Shown here one piece after another: positions 1 to 13,581 of a DNA stretch of 64,000 bases. The stretch's first letter is position 1. The number at the start of each line of letters is the position of its first letter. This DNA comes from Daphnia carinata (Eukaryota): the NCBI RefSeq assembly GCF_022539665.2, contig NC_081332.1, positions 2,914,001-2,978,000 on the forward strand, given 5' to 3'. The notes under the pieces were generated by a model. That model did no database searches. It was not told the origin of the DNA and saw only the letters and a program-made list of their open reading frames with translations. The position numbers and the translations under genes are program-made.

Positions 1-3000
1 CTGAAAATTTGCAATGTTTACAGCGATATGGGTTGGGTGTTTTTGTCCGACCTTTTTTCAATTGTTGCAACTGTATAAGTTGCGTTGAATTCTCCGTTTC
101 AGCGCCCGCAATCGTTAAACTTTCCATTTCATCATCGTCAGTCGCTGCAGTTGGCAATTCGTTGGTCTTCGAATGCTTTGATTTCTTTTGATGATTGATC
201 AATGACTGTTTGGGAGTGGCTTTAAAACCACACTCCAGACATATCTTATTACCAGTTTTTGTGCTGTCACTCGCATGTGACGCCACCACATGCTCTTCCA
301 GAAGCTGTGCGGAACTGAAAACAAGCTGGCAAGATTGGCAGTTCCAAGTCTTTTTAACTGGTGAAAAACTCGTTTCCGCCAAAGGTTCAAGATTCACTGT
401 GATCACTATGGGCTTTTCGGGACAAGAGGCTTTAGACGCGATCGGCACTGGCGCGACTGGCTTCTTTAATTTGACCGGTGATTTGGTCGGAGATGCTGGA
501 GCAGAGGTGGCCGGAGAAGCCGGAAGGCTCTTTTTGGCTTTGCTGACATTGGGAATAGCACCTTTCAACACCTTTAGTGCCTCGGTTTGAACTTTGATGA
601 CTTTTCCTACCTACACGTCCCCAGAAAACCAAATAATAAGAGTTGAAACAGCGAAAAATGTTAACCAAACGACTTACCCAATCTTCGAGTGCTCGATTCG
701 AAGTAATTTCTCGAATGTATGCACCAGAATTGGGATGCTGCTTTCCTACATGACTCAACGCCAGCGCACGACTCCAGGCTCCTTCGTTGCAGACGGAACA
801 GAGAAACTTTTTGTAATCTAATTCCCTGTAAAGATGTATCTTCAAGTCACGCGCTTGGGAGGCACGATAACTGTTGCATCTTGGGCAGCTGTATTGGCCC
901 GTAGAGGCACATGGTGTACCATAACGTCCATACACTGGGTCATCTTGCATCAGTGTTGTGGGAGATTCAGCTTCGTCTGCTACATTAATTTCCTTCTCAT
1001 CCAAAAGAATACCGCGAATGTGACGTAACCTATTTACGTCCTTTTTCCAGAGCGGTTCGAAACTGGTTGCGACTACAGGGGCCGATTCCGATTCGCTTGT
1101 GGCTTCGCTGGTTTCCACCCTTTAAAAATCCAAATATAACTTTAGTCATCAACAGATCGGCAATCAATTTGAGAATACAATTTACTTGTAAAAGAACGTG
1201 AGAACTTGAACATCTTGGTTTGGATGCTTTGATGCAAAATGTCTATCAAATTCAGACCGGACGTTGCATCGGACGGGGCACAAGGCGCACTTGTACTGAC
1301 TTTTCACGCCGTGGTTGGACTCGACATGGATCAGCATATCAGCTGCGGAAGCAGCCACTTGTTTACACAGACTGCAATTCCAAAGTGCTGTTTGTGCGCC
1401 TTTGTCCGCATTCTGCTGGTTGATGTTTTGTAACCGTTTAACCTCCGCATCGGTAGGATCACGAACAAGTATTCGCCACGGTGGACGATTAGGATGTTTC
1501 TCTTTAAGATGATATTCAATATCTTGTTGGTGCCAATGATAAAAGGTGCAGTGGCCACACTTGAAGAGCTGGGGACCATGCATTTTCAGATGACCACGGA
1601 AGACCTCTAAAGACATGGGTTCATCATCATTTTTCTTGCAGTGCGTACAGGAGAAGGCACCGTTCTTGTGCAAGGCCTGGACGTGATACTTGAGCATATT
1701 ATCGTTGACAGTCAAATAGCTGCAACCGTTGGCACCACAAACGTAACGTAGGTGATCTGGAACGAAAGCAGGTTCGAGGGCCTTCTCGGCTGCTATAGCA
1801 TCGTCAAGTGCGTTGGAGTTTTTCATTTTACTCATTCGCTCTTTGGTTGCCGGTTTTTCTTTCACGTGTGAACTGTAAGCCAAGTTGGCCATCTTGTCAA
1901 ACATTTTGCCCTTCGACGGTGTTTCGAGGTGAGGAACTGGGTTGACAGGATCTTGATCAGGAATTAATACCCGAGGAATGATTTCTTCTCCCTCGCTCGA
2001 TGTGGCATTGGTCATCTCGCTACACTGATGCATGGAAAGATGACGCACCATATTCGTTCTGACGTTACTCGCGTAGCCACAATGTGCGCATTTGACTTTG
2101 GCAGGTAGGATGGCTTTCATTGGAATCGTTTGAGCATCACGGCACGTGAACGCTTTCGTAGTGCCTTTCTTGCCGGGCGATCCTCTCGTTCTCAACTTCA
2201 ATCGAGCAATCATTTCTCGAGGATAAAGGGCGTGAAGAACATTTTCACTGTTTGCTTGACCAGGGGCGGCTCCGATTGGCACCTCATCTACGACATTGAC
2301 ACGATGAGCCGTCTTCATGTGCTTACGAATTTGGGCAGCTTGATTGGAACGATGGGAGCAAAGACCGCACAGGAAACGTTTGACGCCGTGGGATCGCAGA
2401 TGTTCAATCAGGTTAGACACCTGTTTGATATTCTTCCCGCAATGGCGACAAGTCAACAGGCGTGAATCTCGGGCTAAATCACACACCAACAAATGATCCT
2501 GTGACGAAACATTGTATATAAATTAGCTCAATCGAACGTTTCAAAATTTTTATGTATTTCACGAACCTTAAAGCTAGCAGCGGTTTCAGCCGTCTCATCG
2601 CAACCTATGTTTCCACACACGTATAGTTGACGCCCAGCCAAACCTTCCTGGTGATCCTCTAGTTCTTGGTCTGGCGATTCTTCGTTTACTTGCATAGCAG
2701 TGGCAGCGGGTGCTTCGTTCAAAGAACTAGACGAGTTCTCATCTTCGGCATCCGAAACTATGGTAATGCTTTCTGTCTGTTCCTTGGATTTAGCTAATTC
2801 TTCTTCTCCAAAACCATGAAATTCTGTTTCCGGTTCCTTTGTAGTTGATGGGTTTGCCGAACTTCCTTCTTCTGACACTGCGTCCCCTTCTCCAACGTTT
2901 GACGGGATGTTCGTTTTTTCTTCAATTGCTTTCTGATGGCTATTTTCGGCCTCCGACATAATTTGGACATCTTCTTCCGGCACCAACGGATATTGCACGA

Positions 3001-6000
3001 TTCGGATCTTTTCAAATAGTTCTCTGAAACGTCGGTCAAAGTCAATGTTGTGTCTTTGTGAGTAGGTACTCGACAATCCCAGTTTCCAGTGATCCACAAG
3101 GGTCGTGTTTGGCGCCGCGGTCTGAGAAGAGCGAATTAATATTTTTCCTTGCACAGACGGATGATGGAGGCATTGGTGAATGAGCGCGTCGGTTGGTAGG
3201 TCAGCCCCCCAAAGGCAAAAGGCACATTGGAAAAATCCTATGTTATGTATGCTCATATGATGAAAGATCCCAGCGTAATCGTTATCGTTGCAGGTAATTT
3301 GTTCGGTGCATAATCGGCAATGAAGATGCTTCAATTCTGGATGACGACTTGAAATGTGCTTGATGAAACTATCATCAAGAATGCAAGCAAATGTGCATTC
3401 GTTTACGCAACAACGGTATCGCGGGACTTGACTCGGCGCCATTTCATCCATTGCTGATGAGCACCCGCTGGAAACTACAGTCTTGCAGGTTAACGCGTGT
3501 GCGTTCGTGCCTGCATGGCAGATGATGGTATGGATATCGACGATTTTTGACCGTCTGGCGCGAAAAAAGCAAGCAGAACACTGGAACTCGCTCGATGCGT
3601 GAATACCTTCGACATGTTCAACCAGTTCCATCGTAGAATAGGCGACAAAAGGACAATAGCAGCAGAAATTGAAGTCTGGGACAGTCAGCGTTTCGCAGAC
3701 AGCCGCAGTTTCTGAGAGCATTCGATGCTCGAAGACTGGCTCACTTGGATGTGTGGCGTTGAAGTGTTTTTTATGCCATTGCAAGTGCTGTCTGAAATCT
3801 TTGGCGGAGTCGCTTGAGAAGATACAACGATAAGCCATGCATTTGAACAAGCAACGAATGCGTACGCTGTCGAGCATCGTCTTGTAGATTTCTGCATCCT
3901 TCAGTTTGGCGGCAAATTTGCATCGATCGTGATTAGTGCTGTAAGGGAATTTAACATCTTCTTTGGCCACCGTTACATTCGAATGAAGATTGATGGAAGA
4001 AACAGGGTCGAGGCTATCATCTTCATCGACGTCGTTTAAGCTTACAACGCTTTCAATGCGGAGAAATCCCTCCGACTCTGTGGGCGCTTCAATTTGTTCA
4101 CTGATTGCGTCGTTTTCTTTAACAACAATTTCTTCTCTGGTAGGTACGATTTCCTGAGTTGCCACTTCTTCCGCCTGATCCTCCCCTTTTTTTCTTGCAG
4201 ATTCCAATTCGGATTCATTCTTTAAAAAAAAAAACATATATAAGTAAGGTCCAAATTTGACGTAACTATAGCTTACCTCAGAATCTTCAATCTCATCCTC
4301 ATTTTCTTCTTCTTCCTCTTCCTCCTCTTCTCCTTCTTCCTCCTCCTCCTCTTCTTCCACTGTTTCTTCTAGGTCGTCTTCATCCTCAAAGTCTGTCGAT
4401 ACATTTTCGTCAACTTCCGACCCACCAAGCTTATCAGTCAGCTTTGATATGATCGTTTCTAACATCGCATTAGGCTTCCAAGCTTCAATTAGAAGGCGAG
4501 GATGATCATCTTTTGTCGGCTGTTCTATACTTTCGTTTTCCTTGACAGTTTCAGCAGCAGGCGATTCCTTCTCGTCCTCCGTGGTTGACAAATCGTCTTC
4601 CGCAATAACGAGGCAGCCGCCGTCTTCTTCATCTGTATTCGGATTATCAGGCAATATGGAGAGTTGATTCTCAAGTTTTCCAGATGACGTTTGTTGCGCT
4701 TGTTCTGGGGTCTCCGGATTAGCAAGTTTCTCTGCCAGTGTTTCGATTAATGAAACCGAATGTAATTTTAAGGATTCGGTAAGTTCGCCCTCATCGAGGT
4801 CAGTATCCTCTTTGACAGGTTCCAAGACTGGACACAAAAATACTCCTTTCTCCTTTTCAGCAGGGATACTGACGACCACAGTTTCATCATCAGTTTCTGC
4901 TTTTTGGGATGGGACAGGTTCTTGAAAAACGCTGATAAGGTTGACCTTTGTATGCCCATCGCAGTCTGAATGTAAACCTAGATGGCGTACTAGACCCTCT
5001 TCACTGATCTGAACGTAGCGGCAAGTTTTGCAGACAAATCCAGATATCCACAGCTGCTGATCCACTTCCGGGAATTCCTTAGTCGTGTAAAATAGGCCAT
5101 CCTGGGACTCGTGCATGCTATTCATATGATGCTTGATGCCGGCCTTGTGAGCAACTTGAAAATTGCAATAGTTGCAACGATATCGAAATTCTCCAGTGTG
5201 TCCCGCAACGTGATCTAGCATATCAAAGAAATTGTTTTCCGTGAAAGTGCAGAGGGAACACCGGTAATTGCAATGAGATGGAAGGGCGTGGATCATGACA
5301 TGTTCCATCAGTTCGCTCCGCTTGGACGTGTGGTAGCTGCAAAGCTTACATTGCACCGGGCTGGTATAATTTGGTCTGGCAGGAATCCAAGACAAATCAG
5401 ACAACAGATCAGAATCTAGTTTATGCTGTGGTTGGGTAGAACTAGCCGAATTCTGAATATCATCCCAATTACTTTCGGGAACAGCAATGTAGGGATTTTC
5501 TAATTCGGGATGTTCATTCACGTAGTGATGGACAATCTTCTGCCCTAGGTAAGAACAAGTTTGGCATTGAAAATACTGGTCAATGTGGTTTTCTTGCTCC
5601 GCGTCTTCGTACATGGATCGTCGTCCGCGCAGAGATAAATGGGTGGGAACCAACGGTTTTTTCCGCTTTTTCGCTTTGCCAATTGGACCGTCAGGGCTAT
5701 GATCGATACAGGACGTGTTCTCTTCAGCCTTTTTGAAGCGGATTGCCCCTTTTTTGGGACGGCCCCGAATACTTGTTTTAGCATGAATAGAGTTACTTGA
5801 TAGGTTTGGCGATTCAGTTACACTACTAGGTTCTACAGATGACGAATAAGTGCTTCCAGAGTCATCTAAATTGTCGTTTCCTTCTTCTGATGGCGGCACG
5901 GGACTAAACGATGATAACTCTTGCATTTCATCTCCAGCAGCTTTTCTTTTTCTGCATCGCTTTGTTGATGGAGGTCCCGTTTTTTCATTGCGCTGTTCAC

Positions 6001-8884
6001 CATCTTCCGAAGGTGGGTCCACCGCTGGTTGGGACGATTTTGAACGGCACCTTCGACTGCCAAGCTCCAGACCTCCCTTCATGAAATCTGTGAGATCTTC
6101 GCGTAGTCGTGCCAATTCAAGCGGCAATGAATTACGAGGTTTTCCTTTCTTTTTCCCCGAATGCTCAGCAGGCGCTAGCGATTCACTGCAAGTCAAATCT
6201 TTAGACGTCCCTTGTTCCACATCTTGAGTGTCATGGGTTTTTTCGTCGTCATCCTCGGATACGCCAACAACTGCAGTATCGCATGATGATGTCACAGTCA
6301 CGTCCACAACTTGAGAACGATTAGTGTCACTGCAAGGTGGAGGAATAGCAGTGCTATTCTCAATAACATTTGAGTCTGACAGAGGGGCTGGACATTCTTC
6401 CGGAATTTTCGTTGGTGATCCGGCCAATTCATTTGCAACCGTGTCGGAGCACGCATTGGTCTTAAGTCGTTCTAATACCATTTTGGCGTCATCTGAAGGG
6501 AGGTTCTTTTTTAGGTAATTTTCAATCACCTCTAATGGAATGGGAGTATTATCTTTTGCAGCCTCTACTTCATCAATTGGTTCCTTATCGTGTCCAGTTG
6601 CAGTTTGGGGGCAATTCTCGTTCGTTTCCGTACTATCTTGGCTAACTTCATTGGCTGGCGCAGATTCAGATGAGATCACGGTTGATGCATCAGCTTCTGA
6701 TGAGACTTGTTTTGCTCCTTTTTTCGAATTATCCGCGACAGGCGCCTTCTTTTTAGGAATTTTGTAGGACTGAACACCATAACCTCGGCCTGTTTGATTC
6801 GATTTGGATGTTCCACTATACAAACTGTCTAATGGAGACACAAATTCATCCTGAGATCTCACACTAGACCCACTAGCGTTATCGGCTGTGGCTACAACCT
6901 TTTCAACATCTTTTTTTACATCAACTTGATTGCTGTTGTTTGCTTTTGAAGAGTTCTGACTACTTTTGGGCGATCCTGCCGGTATTGGCATTTTGTTCGG
7001 TGGCCGTTGGCTTCCCCTCGAATCAGCGGGAAAACGAGACAAGCCAGGTGTGGAAGATGTAGGGAACCGCTGTGTAGTTGATGTAGCAGGTGGATCTGGA
7101 ACTAACTGGACAGAGGTGGATGGATTAGGGGCCGACTGTGCATGCGTGGACGAAACCGATTTAGCTGAGTTAGGAGGCAAAGGGCCAGAAGGTTTGGATC
7201 TATTTGCTAGACGAGGGTCCTCCCTGCGAGCCGGGCCTTGAGAAGAACAAGCTACTGGAGGCTGCTGTGATGACGTAGAATTCGACTGATAATTTGGAAC
7301 TCTTGGAGCCGTTTGGGAATGGGACGTTAACATTGGTGGGTTAGGAACAGGAAAACCAGCAGAACCTGGATGAGCTAGAAGTCCTTGTCTAGAAGACGTG
7401 TCATTTTGACAATATTTTCTTCCGGTCGTTTTTAACGAGTCGCGGTCATAACTCTGCTGGGAAAGAAATGGAGGTTGGTCACGGCTTAACCAGTTTTTCC
7501 CACTATGGCTAGGTCCGTGGCGTACTCCTTGGCGATCTATTCGAGGGTTTGTCAACAACGATGACTCGCCAGTTCGGAAAGAATTTGCTGAGACATTGTG
7601 ACCTGATATGGGTTCACGTAAGTTGTCATGTGTTGCCCTATTTCCTGGTACAATTCTAGAGGCAGACGATGAAAAATGTGGATTTTGACTGTTTGTTGGC
7701 GGGTCCCATCGAGTTCCAGGTCTTGCCGAATGTAACCCTGCATGGGGCGTGCTGAAGAAACCACGGCCCTGGAATGATCTCTCTCTTTCTGCGGAGTGGG
7801 TTCTCTCACGACTATGAGATTCCCAGCTAGGTTGAGAATCCCATTGGTTAGGTAACTTTGACTCCTCATAATGTCGTGGAGGCCCTACGCGTATGGAAGA
7901 TCGATCAACCACATAACGATCAAATCGAGATTCGCGTTTAGGGAAAGACGTTCCCCCGTGCTGCACATCAGGTGAAGCCCTGAAGGTAACTCGTCGCTCT
8001 TCCAGCGAAAGTCTTCCATTTGCTATCGACTGATCATATGCCGGGCGATAATCTTGGTCCTGGTTTGAAAATGCTTGTCCTCTAGATGCAGTCTGAAGAG
8101 GCATAGTAGGTATTTCTACTGGTTCTGTTCGTAGAGGGCGAGAATGACTTGGACGAGGTTCAAGGGATGGAGAATGCCTATAATTGTCCCGATAAACCAT
8201 TGCGGAACTATTAAGGGTAGGATTGCTGCGCAAGTCAGAATCTGCCCGTTGGTTGGGAATTGCCTTAGGTATGCAATGCTGAGAAAAACGTTCTGTTTCC
8301 TCTGGACTGGGGCTTCTCGGGGTCTCGTGATGATCTACACCGCCTCGATAGTGTTGGGGATTGTCAAATCTAAATAACAGAAAATCATGAATTCCTGAGA
8401 TATCATACAAGTTATAACATTGGTGGAAAGTGAAAACGGGCCCAACCTGTTGTTTTCATGGCTAGTGTGTGGGTGATTTCCTTTTCTCTGTCTCTGTTCA
8501 TCTTCCTACAGAGAACAAACACTATAAGTTGCTTCACATGAAGGCATTAAATTTTAACTGAATTTTTCTCATACCTTCCCAAATTTTGAGTATTGCATTC
8601 TGCAGAAGGTTTCACATCTTTCAAGTGTTTCAGGTCGTAACCTACCAAAGAGAATCAGAAAATGAAGACATCCATCCTTACCTATGCCAAGGGTTATCTC
8701 ATTTTAAAATTATTTACTGTTCTCTGCAACGCTCTGCATTGGAAATTATGGCAATGAGCTGGGTAATTTTTTTCCCATCTTCAGGTGAGGAAATGTAGTA
8801 TTCCTTTGCACGTTGCAAGAATGGAACATATTGCTGCAGTTTCACCAATCTTGCCTCACATTCAGCAGCCATGGATGTGTTCAT
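1..8884 (-). CDS. Very large multi-C2H2 zinc-finger nuclear protein (>2,700 aa in window, 3' end beyond left edge) with Med15-central-domain-like N-terminus
   Basis: Phase-consistent GT-AG exons: 8884-8718, 8641-8575, 8505-8447, 8369-4277, 4219-2567, 2498-1186, 1119-678, 610-<1. Many CxxC...HxxxH fingers (e.g. YRCSLCTFTENNFFDMLDHVAGH, FLCGLCSHRSNQAAQIRKHMKTAH) and long acidic/disordered tracts. Probable non-coding leader exon above ~9243. Confidence 0.9.
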
Positions 8885-9739
8885 TTTAGCTTTGATTTCA
8901 ACATGTGATCTACAAAAAGAAAGAGAAGTGACAGTCAGTAACAACTGAGAATGGCTTCAGCAACTAGACACATTTTTTGCAGTTGAATCATCAAAAACAG
9001 GTCTAAACTGCAACACAGCAGATACTGAAATGTAAAGTGACATGGAAAAACTGTAAAAACATGCCTGCTCAATAAGTAACCATGTTTAGATAGTGTAACT
9101 TTTCGAACCTAGATGACAAGAAAACATTTCAACAAAGACGAATGCTTTGGTGTTCGTGACGTTGAGATGTTCACCAAACTCGACTGTCATTAAGATGAGA
9201 AATGAGAGACTTGGCGTTTAGAAATAATTTTGCGTACACTACCCTTTCCTAATACTTATTCAAGTAATTTAACAAAGCGTTTTTTTTTTCACTATTCGTA
9301 TTTTTGGGTGAGTTTAACTAAGGACTTCGGATATAAGATGAATTGACAATAATGCAGTAGTAGTCACGTATGGCATAGGATGAAGAGACGATGTAAGTTA
9401 ATATGCCTAAAAAACATGGCGGCATGCTACATTAAAATTATCACTTTAACTGATGGAAGTCAACAGATTAGTATTGCAATTACTGTTAAAAATCACCTCG
9501 TGGTTTTCCTACGATTGCTGACGTTTAACGTTTCTTTTTGGCTGTACAAAAAAAAACGTTTATGATTCACCCTATTGGCCTCGAGTGATGACGCCGGGCC
9601 TGCAAAAAATGGGTAGTGGTAAATTGGTAATTAGGTCGTGGAATGTGCCTTTCTTTTTTTGGCGTATTTCAAGTAAGTCTCAAGAACTTCTGGTTTCTGA
9701 ATCTGTTCGTAGTGATCAAGAGAGAGCTGACTTCCGGCC

Positions 9740-10720
9740 GTCAATGGCAAGTGTGCTTCCAACTATAGGCAGTAGGAATGGGAAAGGTTGCCGTTACTCT
9801 TGTCCTTTACTCATAAAGAACATGACGTCACATACTTTAAAGATACGTTTGAAAAAATAGCTGAGGTAAGGCTTTCGTTCATTATTCACGTTTGTTGAAC
9901 TATTCCCAGTTCTAAATGCATGCCAGTTTAAGGGATTCAAGGACATTGGCGATCTAAACAAGCTAGATGACTAATACTGGTTTTTTAAAAAGTTGATCGA
10001 TAAGTGTTCTTTCTTGGAACGAGAAAATCGGCGTACCTCCACTACATTCGATTTTCATGACATGCTACGATTACTTATTTCAGTCTTCTATTTCGTATGC
10101 ACTATAATTACGATAATTCAACACTGACTTAATGGTTTTCCCATGTTTTAGAAATGTCGGCCAAGAGGAAGAGACAAATATAATGGTGGATATACCGTAA
10201 AGTACTCGAGAGCAAAAACAAGACCTGACTCACAGTCAAGTTCAGGTCGATTCTTTGTGGACAATTTGCAACGACGCCAAACTTGCCCATCCATTTTTGG
10301 ATATCCGTGGATCCATTTTTGAATAAATATAGACTCCTCGCTTTTCCTACGTGGTCTCCATAGTGATTTGCTTTACATGCTGACGAGGGATCGATAAAGG
10401 TAATGCTTACTCAACTTCTTTTCAAAAACCTTGCCGTAATTTCTGTTTTGCAAATAGAAACTTTGATATCCCATTTACGTGGATAAAAGTACCAAAGCAT
10501 GGGACCTCACAGATACCGACGAAATTTCTTTGTTGAAGTTTTTAATGGCAGATCAAGCTTCATCGATCTTGGATTGTGCATCACTGCTAGACCAGCACCC
10601 CGAACTAGTAGGCCTCTAGCAGGACTTCCCAATCCGTATCCGTACGGTTGTTCGGTACTATGCAATCATCCAAAGGATCCGGAGTTAAAGGATGTCATTT
10701 GGAGACCGAGAATACCTTTG
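9740..10720 (+). pseudogene. Candidate decayed multi-exon gene of unknown family
   Basis: Canonical-looking donors/acceptors (GAG|gtaagg 9866; AAG|gtaatg 10400 to atag| 10457, 58 nt; TG|gtaac 10721). They flank protein-like frames broken by stops, e.g. 10458-10720 KL*YPIYVDKSTKAWDLTDTDEISLLKFLMADQASSILDCASLLDQHPELVGL*QDFPIRIRTVVRYYAIIQRIRS*. Confidence 0.35.
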
Positions 10721-11032
10721 GTAACACTTATTGTTACGTATTTTTTTTTTTTTTTTTGTCTTCATTTATGCTAAGCTGTTTTTGGCTATCGTTTTTTGTG
10801 CTACATGCAACATCGTAATTGGTTGACGTAGACACAAGAAAGCGGAGCGGAACATTACGAAAATGCAAAAAGTCTAAAGAGAAATAACCGAACGGGTTCC
10901 TCAAGCGATGTGGGCAGCATTTATCATCACAATTGGGAGCAAAAGATTGTATCAAACGCATTGGGGTCTTACGCTGAAAAGGACAGGTATAATGAAGAAG
11001 ACGAATTAAAATTTGATGAACATGAATTTTAA

Positions 11033-13581
11033 ATGGAAACCTTTAGAGCCTATCCCACGACGTCCTCGAGTAATCAACTGGCGATACGGAGATGTGCAAG
11101 TGGTGGGGCTTCGCCAATGGAAAGACGATCACCTAAAACCGAAGGAATGCTCGTACTGGATTTGCGTCCATGGAAAAGTTTTGACAACATTAGCGCTATT
11201 ACGGACGGCCCGCACGAACCGCTCGACAATTTTGAGGTATCAATCATACAATCTTTTTTTTTTTAGCCAGGAGGAGGTTCTCTCATTTATTGCAATGAGA
11301 GCCATATTTGGAGAGTTAATATTTACCTTTTTTTCATGCTTTAAGCGTTTCGAGCTCAAGAGTCCTCGAAATCGAATGCACGACAAGCCAGGCCGCCTGA
11401 CAAGAACCGTTAGGAGACCGGAAACTTTCCTGTCAAAGTCTTTCAAAGAGGTAAGGCGAATGCATGGGTGACCACTCATTAATGTCAACATTGTACAATC
11501 AATAACGCTCCGCCAAAAATGAATGTTTGTTTACTTGATCGGGAAGAGTATGGTCATCTTAAATGCGTGGAAGAGGAGTTTTTACTGGTAAGCACCACAG
11601 TCACTTCTCAGCACTAAATGGGAAAGGATGGCAACTCGAGAATTGGATCTTATCGTTGCTGGAGTTCCCCAGAAAATTGCTATAGGAAACATTCGTAGCA
11701 GAGATTCTAACGTGTTGCAACGTCCTCCACTGGTGCAATCAAACAATTTATCAATCCGGAAACAGAAGATTGGCGAAACAACAATGAAGCGACCGACCGA
11801 ATCTTTGTGTGACACTGAATCCAACAGTTCAAGATCGTCAATTCAGGAATTGCACAAACCAATCATTTGGGTTGATATTGCTAGAAAATTGCCGACTCCG
11901 GAAGTAGCAACGCCAATCGTTACAGCAACCAACCAAAAACTTTCCGTGCCCGTTCCGATACCCAATAACCCCCGTCAAGGATTATTGCCCGTAGCATTTC
12001 AAATTTACCTTCAAACCAATTTCAGTCTCATGGCAGAAGTCGAGACAGCCAAGAAGAGAAGGTCGGACAATCGGCATATTTTCCGTACCGAACAAGAAGA
12101 TGATGTCAACTGGACTTCTCACGCTCCCCGTCCGTCAGACTGGCTACAAAAACCGTCATTTGAAGGAAAAACAAATCGAGCTAACAAGAATGCCAAGCTG
12201 GGAAAATGGCTACAACTCCCTGACGGTCTAAAAGGTATTCACTTACAAGGAAGAGAACCTCGCAAAACGAATCCTCTCCAACCTGGTCCGCGTAATCTAT
12301 CGAAGAGCATCCAACATCATTCGTTCGATTTGCCATTGGAATGGGTAATCCCCGGAACAGGGACAACTTTGCAGCCGATCAATCTTGGGAAACAGACTAA
12401 TCGAAGTAGGAAACGGCGACGACGAACGAAAAGGAAAACCAAAAAGGTTTTCTAAAAGTGCCTACCTTAAATAGATATAAGGACTAATAACACTTGTCAA
12501 CTATTCAACGTGTGATTTAATTACCGTTTCATTTACAGGGTAAGAAGTTGCCGAAGCAGTTGTCTTCGAAAGGTGCAAGAGGACTTCGCAGTTCTGACTC
12601 GATGCTCGATGAAAACGCGTTTACCGGCTACGATGCAAATAGTTTATCCGATTCCATGCGTGAAATGGATCTTGGAGACGGATTTCCCCACAAAAAATTA
12701 GAGGTATTTTCTTTCATCAGTGCACGATTGCAGAACCTTTAACCGCTACTCGTACACAGGACGAGCAGGTTCTTCACGAAGCCGAATTAAATAAAGCATT
12801 AGTGAACGATCTTCAACCACCTGAGGTTTGCGGAATGTCGAGTGATATCAAGCAACAATCCCTCGAAGATCTTGAGGAAAGTCTCCGTAATATCCAAGTC
12901 CAAGATGAGGACATCAATGAGGACATGCTGTATCAACTTGAAAAGACAACCATTGCCGAAGACATGACGTGGCTCTATTTTCCCCGAGCTGGAAATAATT
13001 TCGGAGCTCGTTTTGAATTGCCCATAGATTTGCGAAAGCTAAAAAGTAGGTAAACATTTTAAAATAGAAACTTTCTTGAATAATAAAATTTTCGTACCTT
13101 TGCAGCAATGACTCCTCTTGAGTACTTATCCCAATATGTGGTGGCGACGCGTTGCCGCCAAAGATTAAACGATGTGGTTTTTGAACGACACGCCACAGAC
13201 TCGAAGCTTCCAAGTGAGGTTGGAATCACGAAGGTGTACAACGACATACACGATATGAATTAATGTGAAAACTTTTGAACGTTACAGAAGCTCTTTTCGT
13301 CGCTAACTGAAATCCTGGGTTTTCCCTTGGATACCCAAGCCGAAGATAAATTATCCAATTTGATAGATCTGGTTTCTGTTTCTCAATTGAGTCGGGAGCA
13401 ATTTGCTGGCATCGGTGCACTGGCTGAACGCATCGGACGTAGTGGCATCAGTCGGAGAGACGATCTGGAATTGGCAGACTTCAATCTTCTGCATCAAAAG
13501 ATGACCTATTTAGAAATGGACCAACTTCTTCGCCGGCTATTTATGTTCATTTGTGAAATTGATTTTTCGCCGCTAGCTTAA
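11033..13581 (+). CDS. Uncharacterised protein: disordered basic N-half with NLS-like RKRRRR, helical C-terminal domain
   Basis: Exons approx. 11033-11236, 11346-11450, 11601-12446, 12539-12703, 12760-13045, 13106-13218 (or 13233), 13288-13581; frames join across GT-AG introns. The 5' joins are less certain (weak acceptor at 11600). C-terminus PLEYLSQYV...FAGIGALAER...LELADFNLLHQK. AATAAA at ~13596. Confidence 0.65.

Noticed and set aside
5545..8377. Antisense and alternate-frame ORFs over the ZnF gene
   Set aside because: Shadows of a long coding exon with no independent motifs.
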